DNA of 64,000 nucleotides, taken from the NCBI GenBank assembly GCA_963708025.1, contig CAVPSB010000031.1, positions 288,001 through 352,000 of the forward strand. The letters are read 5' to 3'. Made by a program: the position numbers and the translations under genes. Below are positions 56,238 through 64,000 of this stretch, piece by piece (the stretch's first letter is position 1; each line of letters starts with the position of its first letter). Origin of the DNA: an uncultured Candidatus Rokubacteria bacterium. Its GTDB lineage: Bacteria > Methylomirabilota > Methylomirabilia > Rokubacteriales > DASRDR01. Below the pieces are notes generated by a model. That model had not been told where the DNA came from. It made no database searches and saw nothing but the letters and a program-made list of their open reading frames with translations.

Positions 56238-57752
56238 GTGTTCTGCCGATCGTGCTGGAGCAACATCGCCGATGGCAGCTCGGAATGCCCTCGGTGCCAC
56301 GCCGACCCCGGGGCGGCCCCGGCTGCGGCGACCCCGGCCGCGGCGGCTCCGCCGCCGGCGGGCCGCGTCCCCGACGAGCCGTCCCCGAAGAGGAAGGGCG
56401 ACCGCCAGAACCGGCTCATCGCGCTGGTCGCCCTCCTCGTGCTCGTCCTGATCGCCGGCCCGCCGGCCGTGGAGTGGGCGATGCGCCGCTGGCGCGGCGA
56501 GCCGGCCGGAGGGGCCCCGGGCTCCTCCGAGCGCCCACCCCTCGAGACGACCGCGTCCACCTCGGATCCGACCCGGCCGTCGGCTGACGACGGCCCCGAC
56601 GCGGCGGCGCTGCGCGAGGCCTACGAGCTCTATCAGCAGGGGAAGGTGACCGAGGCCTGCGACCGGTACCGCGACGTCGCCAACCGGCTGGGGACCCAGT
56701 CGGTGCGGCGCAACCTCGCGTCTTGCCTGGCGCGGCTCGGCCGGGAGGCCCAGCAGGCCAATCTTTCCGAGCAGGCGGCCGACTACTATCGACGCGCTCT
56801 GGACGTTGCTCCGGACGACGGGAGCATCTGGGTTGCCCTCGCCCTCGCCCACGCGCAGGCGCGAGACCTCGGTCGAGCCCAGGGCGTCCTCGAACAGGCG
56901 GCGGCGCGCTTCCCCGACGACCCCGACATCCTCTATCTGCTGGCCGAGATGCAGGAGCGGCAGGGACGCTCGCGCGAGGCGGCCGAGACGCTCCGCCAGC
57001 TGCTGGCCCGGCGTCCCGGCCATGCCAAGGGTACCCAGCTGCTGGCCGCTATCGAGAAGGAGCAAAAGGTCGAGGGGTCCTACTGGAGCCAGGAGAGCCG
57101 GCACTTCGTGGTGCGGTACGAGGGCGCGGGCGGGATCGACCTCGGGCGCTCGGTCGTCGACTACCTCGAGGAGGCGTACGAGACCGTCGGCCGGGCACTC
57201 GGCTACTTCCCCGAGCACCGGGTCCAGGTCAGCATCTACAGCCAGGAGGTTCTGGGCGAGGTCAGTCGGGTCCCGGCCCATTTCGTTCGCGGCGTGTTCG
57301 AAGGGGACACCCGGAAGATCCGGCTGAACTTCGCGAAGTCCGTCGCCTACACGAACGACCTGTCCCAGCTGGTCCGCCACGAGTACACCCACGCCGTCAT
57401 CCACGAGGTGAGCAACGGCAAGGCGACGGTCTGGGTGCACGAAGGGCTGGCCCAGGTGATGGAGGGCCGCGCCCCCTGGCCCCTCCCCGCCAGCGTCCCG
57501 CGTCAATACCTGACGCTGGCCGGGATCGACCAGCTGGCCCGGGCCGGGAACGCGGTGGCCGCCATCTCCGGGTACGTGCTCGCCCACGTCGCCATGCAGC
57601 ACCTGGTGGACCAGGGCGGCATGCCGAAAGTCGCCGAGTTCCTGCGGCGCCTCGGGCAGGGCGACACCATCGAGCAGGCGCTCCGTCAGGCCTTCGGCTT
57701 CGGATCCGAGGACGTGGAAGCGCGGATCTTGGCCGTCGCCGGCCGGAGCTGA
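56238..57752 (+). CDS. Zinc-ribbon/TM/TPR protein with C-terminal zincin (MA) metallopeptidase domain
   Basis: CRSC..CPRC, TM, TPRs, HEYTH..WVHEGLA. Confidence 0.82.
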   Translation: MFCRSCWSNIADGSSECPRCHADPGAAPAAATPAAAAPPPAGRVPDEPSPKRKGDRQNRLIALVALLVLVLIAGPPAVEWAMRRWRGEPAGGAPGSSERPPLETTASTSDPTRPSADDGPDAAALREAYELYQQGKVTEACDRYRDVANRLGTQSVRRNLASCLARLGREAQQANLSEQAADYYRRALDVAPDDGSIWVALALAHAQARDLGRAQGVLEQAAARFPDDPDILYLLAEMQERQGRSREAAETLRQLLARRPGHAKGTQLLAAIEKEQKVEGSYWSQESRHFVVRYEGAGGIDLGRSVVDYLEEAYETVGRALGYFPEHRVQVSIYSQEVLGEVSRVPAHFVRGVFEGDTRKIRLNFAKSVAYTNDLSQLVRHEYTHAVIHEVSNGKATVWVHEGLAQVMEGRAPWPLPASVPRQYLTLAGIDQLARAGNAVAAISGYVLAHVAMQHLVDQGGMPKVAEFLRRLGQGDTIEQALRQAFGFGSEDVEARILAVAGRS

Positions 57753-57866
57753 GAGCGTATGAAGGAATCGAGTCCTCCGACTCCCCCCTCCCCCCAGTGG
57801 GTGGGGGAGGGGGGCCAAAGGCCGAAGGCCGTCGAAGGATCGGGTGGGCGGGAGGTCCCGAACTGA
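57749..57866 (+). mobile_element. Small MITE/REP-like element family B, copy 2, bounded by CTGA direct repeats
   Basis: Matches the reverse complement of 3890-3987; first CTGA contains the stop of the TPR-peptidase gene, second lies 1 nt before the accC GTG. Confidence 0.65.
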
Positions 57867-57867
57867 C

Positions 57868-59202
57868 GTGTTCGGCAAGATCCTCATTGCCAACCGCGGG
57901 GAGATCGCCCTCCGCATCCTCCGGACCTGCCGGGAGATGGGGATCCGCACGGTGGTGGCCCACTCCAAGGTGGACGCGGACTCGCTGCCGGTGCTGCTCG
58001 CCGACGAGAGCGTGTGCGTCGGCCCCGATGAGAGCGCCCAGAGCTACCTGAACATCCCGAGCCTCATCTCGGCGGCCGAGGTCACCGACGCCGAGGCGAT
58101 CCATCCCGGCTACGGCTTCCTCGCCGAGAACGCCACGTTCGCGGAGATCTGCCGGGCCTGCTCGATCCGCTTCATCGGGCCGGGTCCCGACGCCATCCGC
58201 CTCCTCGGCGACAAGGTGCGGGCCCGGGAGCTCGCCCGGAAGTGCGAGGTGCCGCTCCTCCCCGGCAGCGAGGGCGGGGTCCGGGACGAGGCCGAGGCCC
58301 TGGCGTGCGCCGAGGCGATCGGCTTCCCGGTCCTGCTCAAGGCCGCCCTCGGCGGCGGCGGGCGCGGCATGCGCGTCGTCCGCGATCGGGAGGGCCTGGC
58401 CGCCGCCGTCCAGACGTGCCAGAAGGAGGCATCCGCGGCCTTCGGCTCGTCGGAGATCTACATCGAGAAGTTCGTGGAGGTCGCCCGCCACGTCGAGGTC
58501 CAGGTGCTGGCCGACGCTCACGGGCACCTGATCCATCTGGGCGAGCGCGAGTGCTCGATCCAGCGCCGGCACCAGAAGCTCCTCGAGGAGTCGCCGTCGC
58601 CAGCCGTGACGGAGGCGATCCGCGGCGAGTTGACGGCGGCTGCCCTGCGCCTGTGCCGGGCGGCCGGGTACGAGAGCGCCGGGACCGTCGAGTTCATCCT
58701 GGACGGCACGGGCCGCTTCTATTTCCTGGAGGTCAACACCCGGATCCAGGTCGAGCACCCGGTGACCGAGATGGTGACCGGCGTCGATCTCGTCCGCGAG
58801 CAGATCCGGATCGCCGCCGGCGAGCCGATGAGCGTCACCCAGGAGACGCTCCGCTCTTCGGGGCACGCGATCGAGTGCCGGATCACCGCCGAAGACCCGG
58901 TGACCTTCACGCCCAGCCCCGGCCGGATCTCGACCTACCTGCCCCCGGGTGGGTTCGGGGTGCGGGTGGACAGCCACTGCTTCAGCGGCTACACGGTGCC
59001 GCCCCACTACGACTCGCTGGTGGCCAAGGTCATCGCCCACGGCGACAGCCGGGCGGAGGCGATCGCGCGCATGCGGCGGGCGCTGGCCGAGTTCCTCCTC
59101 GAAGGGATCAAGACCACGATCCCCTTTCACAGCCGGCTCCTGGCCGACCCGCGTTTCGTCGAGGGAGCGTATTCCACCGCATTCCTCGAAACCCACGTCT
59201 GA
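57868..59202 (+). CDS. accC: Acetyl-CoA carboxylase biotin carboxylase subunit
   Basis: [53 protein letters not shown]. Confidence 0.97.
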   Translation: MFGKILIANRGEIALRILRTCREMGIRTVVAHSKVDADSLPVLLADESVCVGPDESAQSYLNIPSLISAAEVTDAEAIHPGYGFLAENATFAEICRACSIRFIGPGPDAIRLLGDKVRARELARKCEVPLLPGSEGGVRDEAEALACAEAIGFPVLLKAALGGGGRGMRVVRDREGLAAAVQTCQKEASAAFGSSEIYIEKFVEVARHVEVQVLADAHGHLIHLGERECSIQRRHQKLLEESPSPAVTEAIRGELTAAALRLCRAAGYESAGTVEFILDGTGRFYFLEVNTRIQVEHPVTEMVTGVDLVREQIRIAAGEPMSVTQETLRSSGHAIECRITAEDPVTFTPSPGRISTYLPPGGFGVRVDSHCFSGYTVPPHYDSLVAKVIAHGDSRAEAIARMRRALAEFLLEGIKTTIPFHSRLLADPRFVEGAYSTAFLETHV

Positions 59203-61192
59203 TCGGCGCCGGTTCCCCTGGCTCTGGATCGCCGTCGGCGCGCTGGCCCTGACCCTCGTCGTCACCTGGCCGCTCGCGCGCTGCCTGGACTCCTGCCTCG
59301 GCGAGCCGCCGGATCCGCTCCTGTCGGTCTACTTCCTGGCCTGGGTCGCTCATGCCCTCACCACGCCGGGGGTGCGGCTCGTCGACGCCAGCCTCTTCGC
59401 GCCCTATCCCGGGACGCTCGCCCTCGGCGAGTACATGCCCGGCTACGCGCCGCTGGCCGTCCCCGTCATCGCGTTGACCGGCAACCCGGTCCTCGCTCAC
59501 AACCTGCTGCTCGTCCTCTCGTACGCCCTGGCCGCGCTCGGCGCCGCCGCCCTCGTCTTTTCCCTCACGGGCGCGCTCGGTCCGGCGGTCGTGGCCGGCG
59601 CCGCCTTCGCGTACGCGCCGCGCCTCCTCGACCAGGCCTACAACGTCCAGACCCTGGCCGTCTTCTGGGTGCCGTGGCTCCTGCTCGCCCTGGAGCGGTT
59701 CCTGGCGCGGCCGACCTGGCCCGGCGCGGCCCTGGTGGCCGGGCTCTGGGTCGCCCTCGCGCTCTCGTGCCTGAACGTCTTCGTCTACGCCACCGTGCTC
59801 GGGGCCCTCTTCCTGGCTGCCGCCGTGACCGTGGGCGGCCGGCAGCTCCGCGGAGCCCACCTCGTCCGCCTGGCCGGCGCGGGGGTCGTCGCGGGCGCCG
59901 TCGTCTTGACGTACCTGGCGCCCAATCGGGTGCTGGCGCGAGAGTGGGGGCTCGGGCGGGCCCTGGCGGAGGTCGAGCGCCACTCGGCCACGCTCAGCCA
60001 TCTGATCGGCGTGCCGCGCGAGTCCCTGCTCCGGCGTCTCGCCGGCCTGCCGGATCCCTCCGGCCACGAGGGGCTCGTCCCGGGGCTGGTGGTCAGCGTC
60101 CTGGCCGTGGCAGGGCTGCTGGCCGTCTTCCGCGACCGCGACGGCCTCCGGTCGAAGCTGGCCCCGTACGTGGCGGTGACGGCGGCGGCGGTCGTCCTCG
60201 CGCTGGGGCCGACCGCCGCGACGCCGTGGGGACCGTTGCCCCTCCCGTACCGCGCCCTGTACCTGGCCGTGCCGGGGTTCGACGCCATCCGGACGCCGGC
60301 CCGGTTCGTCGTCTTCCTCGACCTCGGCGTCGCCGTCCTGGCGGGCGTCGGCGCGGCCTGGTGGCTCGCGCGGCGGGCGCCGGCAACGCGGCCGTGGCTG
60401 GCCGGGGGCCTGACGGCCGCGGTCCTCCTCGAGTCGGTGGCCGTGCCGTACCCGGGCGCGGTCCCGCGTCTGGCTCCCGGCTCGGTCCCGGCGGTGTACC
60501 GGTGGCTCGGCCAGCAGGACCAGCGCACGCTGGCCCTCGGCATCCCGATGGGAGACTGGGTCAACGTGGCCGCGGCCGCGTTCCACCTGCGGCCGACGGT
60601 GAACGGCTGGTCGAGCTACTGGCCCCCACGGTATCCCGAGCTGGTCGAGGCCATGGAGCGGTTTCCCGACGCGCGCTCCCTGGCCCTGGTCCAGGGGCTC
60701 GGGGTGGACCTCGTCCTCGTCGACGGCGCATGGCTGAACCCCGCGCGCGCCGCCGCGCTGGCCGGGTTCCCCGCCATCCTGCGCCCCGAGCGCGCCTTTC
60801 CCACGCACCTCGTCTACCGCATCGCCCGCGCCGGGCCGGCGGCCCGGCCGGCGCTCGAGGAGGTCGAGGCCACGGCCCGCGTCATGCCGCCCGGGGACGG
60901 GCGGTCGTGGCAGGGCTGCGTCACGCTCCGGAACGCGGGTCCCCACTTCGTGCCGCTCTACCCCCTCCATCGTCTCCACCTTCGGGCCGAGGGCGCCGCG
61001 GTCACGACCGTCCGCTGGCTTCCCCTCGACCTCGCCCCGGGCGCCGCTCACACCGCCTGTCTCCCGCTGACCGGGCGACCTGGGCGGTTCGACGTCCAGG
61101 GCGAGGTCGAGGACGGGGTGCGGCGCCATCGCTTCGCCCTCGGCACCGAGGACGCGGTGGGACGCCTGGAGCCGGCCGGAGGCCGACCGTGA
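59195..61192 (+). CDS. GT-C/YfhO-like polytopic membrane protein; no canonical start (ACG 59195 proposed)
   Basis: PDPLL..LAW after TM1, [29 protein letters not shown] overlap with thiE. Confidence 0.7.
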   Translation, partial: TSDRRRFPWLWIAVGALALTLVVTWPLARCLDSCLGEPPDPLLSVYFLAWVAHALTTPGVRLVDASLFAPYPGTLALGEYMPGYAPLAVPVIALTGNPVLAHNLLLVLSYALAALGAAALVFSLTGALGPAVVAGAAFAYAPRLLDQAYNVQTLAVFWVPWLLLALERFLARPTWPGAALVAGLWVALALSCLNVFVYATVLGALFLAAAVTVGGRQLRGAHLVRLAGAGVVAGAVVLTYLAPNRVLAREWGLGRALAEVERHSATLSHLIGVPRESLLRRLAGLPDPSGHEGLVPGLVVSVLAVAGLLAVFRDRDGLRSKLAPYVAVTAAAVVLALGPTAATPWGPLPLPYRALYLAVPGFDAIRTPARFVVFLDLGVAVLAGVGAAWWLARRAPATRPWLAGGLTAAVLLESVAVPYPGAVPRLAPGSVPAVYRWLGQQDQRTLALGIPMGDWVNVAAAAFHLRPTVNGWSSYWPPRYPELVEAMERFPDARSLALVQGLGVDLVLVDGAWLNPARAAALAGFPAILRPERAFPTHLVYRIARAGPAARPALEEVEATARVMPPGDGRSWQGCVTLRNAGPHFVPLYPLHRLHLRAEGAAVTTVRWLPLDLAPGAAHTACLPLTGRPGRFDVQGEVEDGVRRHRFALGTEDAVGRLEPAGGRP

Positions 61193-61863
61193 CCGCCAGC
61201 CCGCGGCCGCCGCTCGACCTGTACGTGATCCTCGACCCGACGGTCGCGGGGGGTCGGGACCTGGTCGCTCTCGCCGACGCCGTGCTCGCCGCGGGCGTCC
61301 GGTGGCTCCAGCTCCGCGACAAGGACGCGACCACGCGCGACCTGGCGGCCCTGGCCCGTCGGCTCCTGGCGCGTGCTCGCACCGCCGGTGGAGTGCTCAT
61401 CGTCAACGACCGGCTGGACGTGGCCCTGGCGGTCGGGGCCCACGGGGTGCACCTCGGTCAGGACGACCTGCCCGCGGCCGACGCTCGCCGGCTGGCCCCG
61501 GGGCTGGTGATCGGCGTCTCCACCCACAGCGTGGAGCAGGCACGTCAGGCCGGGGGAGACGGCGCCGACTACGTCGCCCTGGGCTCGATCTACCCGACGG
61601 GCACCAAGCCCCGCTTCGAGCTGGTCGGCGTGGAGGCCCTGCGGCGGGTTCGCCCCCACGTGCGAGGGCCGCTCGTGGCCATCGGGGGGATCACCGCCGA
61701 GCGCGTGCCCGAGCTGCTGGCGGCGGGCGCCGACGGGGTGGCGGTCATCTCCGCCGTCGGGGCCGCCCGCGATCCCGGCGCCGCGGCCGCGGCGTTCCTG
61801 ACAGCCTTCCGGGTCTCCCGGGTGCCACCCAACGAGAATGGGGCCGGGTCCGTCCAGCCCTGA
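61189..61863 (+). CDS. thiE: Thiamine-phosphate synthase
   Basis: LYVI, QLRDK, IVNDRLDVA, GVHLGQDD, GVSTH, YPTGTK, AIGGI. Confidence 0.96.
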   Translation: MTASPRPPLDLYVILDPTVAGGRDLVALADAVLAAGVRWLQLRDKDATTRDLAALARRLLARARTAGGVLIVNDRLDVALAVGAHGVHLGQDDLPAADARRLAPGLVIGVSTHSVEQARQAGGDGADYVALGSIYPTGTKPRFELVGVEALRRVRPHVRGPLVAIGGITAERVPELLAAGADGVAVISAVGAARDPGAAAAAFLTAFRVSRVPPNENGAGSVQP

Positions 61864-61917
61864 TACCCTGAGAGGCCACCGCGGGTAGCCTCCCGAACCC
61901 GCGGTCAGGAGGCTCAC

Positions 61918-62331
61918 ATGAGACTGGCACTCGGGCTGGTCGTCGTCCTCGCGGTCACGCTCGCGGAAGCCGCACCGCTGCAGGCCCAGTCGCTCGACCC
62001 GGCGTCCGCCGCGGCTCTGGCCGCGACGCTCCGACTCCTCCAGGATCCCGGGCAGCGGGGCCCGGCGATCGCCGGCAATCCGCAGGCCGCCGCCGTCGAC
62101 AAGCAGATGCAAGCGGTGCTCGGCTCCCCCGAGCTGCAACAGGAGTTCTACACGCTCGCCGCCGACGTCTTCGCCGAGCTGGCCCAGAGCGTCGGGGGTG
62201 ACGTGGGCAAGATGACCCAGGCTCTCGAGGCCGGGCGGGCCGATCCCGCGGGGTTCGCGGCGACGTTGAGCCCGCGGACGCTCGAGCGCTTGCGCGCGCT
62301 CTCCAGCAAGATCGCCGACCGCATGCGCTGA
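61918..62331 (+). CDS. Exported hypothetical helical protein
   Basis: AGGAGG SD, signal peptide, GC3-biased codons. Confidence 0.75.
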   Translation: MRLALGLVVVLAVTLAEAAPLQAQSLDPASAAALAATLRLLQDPGQRGPAIAGNPQAAAVDKQMQAVLGSPELQQEFYTLAADVFAELAQSVGGDVGKMTQALEAGRADPAGFAATLSPRTLERLRALSSKIADRMR

Positions 62332-62335
62332 AGAT

Positions 62336-62401
62336 CTTCGGGGGGGTCTCGGAAGACCCCCCCGATCCCCCCCTCGGAGGCCGCGGCGAAGCCGCGGCTC
62401 G
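62336..62401 (-). repeat. REP-like element family A, copy 4 (inverted)
   Basis: Reverse complement reads CGAGCCGCGG-CTTCG-CCGCGGCCTCCGAGG...GGTCT-TCCG-AGACCCCCCCGAAG. Confidence 0.85.
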
Positions 62402-62502
62402 AAGCGGAACACCAGGGCCGCGCGGCCGAACCCGAGGGCAGCGAGAAACCGACGGGCCGCGAAGGGGGAACCGACAGGCGGGAGGGCGAGGGTGGCGGTT
62501 CT

Positions 62503-62940
62503 TCACCGGCGGGGCTGATCGGCGGTGCACCGAAGTGATGGCGCCCGCGCCGTCGCCTCGGCGAGCGGGGATCCGGATGCGGAGGCGCGTGTCCCGGGCC
62601 GTCACCGCGAAGACGTGGTAGCCGCGCGGGTCCCGCACGTGGGTGAGGCTGGGGGCGACTGGAAAGGCTTCGGCCACGCAGCCGGCCGGCATGGCGAAGC
62701 TGATGCCCTGGAGGCCCTCCGGTTGGACAGCGCCACCACCAGCTCACCCCCGTCGCGCGAGAACGAGTACTCGGTCTTGACGAACCGGTCCACGAAGTCG
62801 GCAAAGTACGCCATGGTCTCGACCGTGAGGGCTCCCGCCTGCTCCAGCTCCTCGGCGCGGTCCACGAAGCGTCGGAAGGCCTCCCGCGAGGACGGGTTCA
62901 GCATGTCGTAGGACCTCAGCCGGATGGTCCGCTCGGCCAC
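62503..62940 (-). pseudogene. Probable gene fragment or frameshifted hypothetical protein
   Basis: Coding-like stretch (FRRFVDRAEELEQAGALTVETMAYFADFVDRF..) continuing across apparent indels near 62722 and 62570; no clear start or SD. Confidence 0.35.
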
Positions 62941-62977
62941 GATGTAGTCGAGGTCGACCCGAGCGCGGGGCTCCGGC

Positions 62978-63007
62978 TTGACAGCTTCCGAGGCCCCGGC
63001 CGATAAT
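62978..63007 (+). promoter_or_regulatory. sigma70 promoter of the liv-type binding protein gene
   Basis: TTGACA-18 nt-GATAAT. Confidence 0.65.
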
Positions 63008-63129
63008 GGCGACCAATTCCGGTGCCATCCGGGAACGCGGTCACCCCCAAGGAGACGGGTGGTGAGGGCGCGTTCGAGTCGGATGGCCATGAATTTCCTA
63101 CCTCGTTCCCCTCGGAAAGGAGCGTGTCG

Positions 63130-64000
63130 ATGCGCGGAAAGCTCGTACGGATGGTCTCCCTCCTGGCCGTCCTGGCCCTGGTGCTGCCCCTCGCCGCGGA
63201 GGCGCAGGGCAAGGGCACCATCAAGATCGCGACCCAGAGCCCGCTGTCCGGCTCGCTGGCGGCCCTCGGTGAAGGCATCAAGCTCGGCACCCAGCTGGCG
63301 GTCGAGAAGTTCAAGGGCCCCGTCGAGAAGGCCGGCTTCAAGGTGGAGCTGGTGCCGTTCGACGACCAGGCCAAGCCTGACGTGGGCGTCGCCAACGCCA
63401 AGAACATCATCAACGACAAGGACATCCTGGTGGTGATCGGCCACCTGAACTCCGGCGTCGCCATCCCGTCGTCCGAGGTCTACAAGGAAGTCAGCCTGGT
63501 GATGATCTCGCCCGCCAACACCAACCCGCTCATCACGGACCGCATGCTGCCCAACGTGAACCGCGTGTGCGGGCGGGATGACGTGCAAGGCGCGGTGGGA
63601 GCCGAGTTCGCGCGCGACGTCCTCAAGGTGAAGAGCGTCTACATCGTCCACAACAAGAACCAGTACGGGCAGGGCATCGCCGAGTTCTTCCAGGAGACCT
63701 CCAAGAAGGCCGGCGTGGCGGTGATGGGCTTCGAGGGGACGGAGGAGCAGGCCAACTTCGACCCGATCCTGACGCCCATCAAGGCCAAGAACCCCGACCT
63801 GATCTACTTCGGCGGCGAGTATCCGCAGGCCGCCCCGATGTTCCGGCAGGCCCGGGAGAAGGGCATCAAGGCCAAGTTCATGGGGCCGGACGGCCTGGAC
63901 TCGACGGAGCTGCTCAAGCTGGGCGGCGACGCGCTGATGGGGATGCACTTCACCACCGTGGCCGGCGGCGTGAACGAGTACCCGAAGGCCAAGGAGTTCG
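63130..64000 (+). CDS. Branched-chain amino acid ABC transporter substrate-binding protein (LivJ/LivK family; 3' end runs off the window)
   Basis: AAAGGAG SD; signal peptide; IKIATQSPLSG, DDQAKP, VIGHLNSGV, SPANTNP, RVCGRDDVQG, YGQGIA. Confidence 0.93.
   Translation, partial: MRGKLVRMVSLLAVLALVLPLAAEAQGKGTIKIATQSPLSGSLAALGEGIKLGTQLAVEKFKGPVEKAGFKVELVPFDDQAKPDVGVANAKNIINDKDILVVIGHLNSGVAIPSSEVYKEVSLVMISPANTNPLITDRMLPNVNRVCGRDDVQGAVGAEFARDVLKVKSVYIVHNKNQYGQGIAEFFQETSKKAGVAVMGFEGTEEQANFDPILTPIKAKNPDLIYFGGEYPQAAPMFRQAREKGIKAKFMGPDGLDSTELLKLGGDALMGMHFTTVAGGVNEYPKAKEF

Overview
A very GC-rich chromosomal segment. Gene content and synteny suggest a Rokubacteria/Methylomirabilota- or delta-proteobacteria-like organism, but this is inference only. 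From left to right: (1) A minus-strand heat-shock operon dnaK-dnaJ-hspR-dksA/traR-lon, with no grpE. (2) A few housekeeping genes (DUF1844, mazG, macro domain). (3) An approximately 41-kb type IVa pilus super-locus: REC-pilB-pilT-pilC-pilS-pilR, two near-identical major pilins, a 14-kb glycosylation/modification island (two GT2, five GT-C-like membrane proteins, a SAM methyltransferase, an MFS/spermidine-synthase fusion), pilD, a diguanylate cyclase, two separate minor-pilin cassettes each ending in a very large PilX-like protein, a soluble hybrid histidine kinase with about 360 aa of articulin/alveolin-like EVPVEVIREVVR repeats, and pilMNOPQ. (4) aroB, two Ig-like lipoproteins, a degenerate thermonuclease-domain protein, efp, accB, a TPR-metallopeptidase, accC, another GT-C-like gene, thiE and the start of a LivJ/K-type binding protein. 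Four sigma54-type promoters mark the pilus regulon. Two families of small palindromic intergenic elements recur, one apparently inserted at CTGA stop-codon sites. I found no rRNA, tRNA, CRISPR array or transposase. Several single-base frameshifts look like sequencing indels. All product calls come from motif recognition by eye; no database searches were run.
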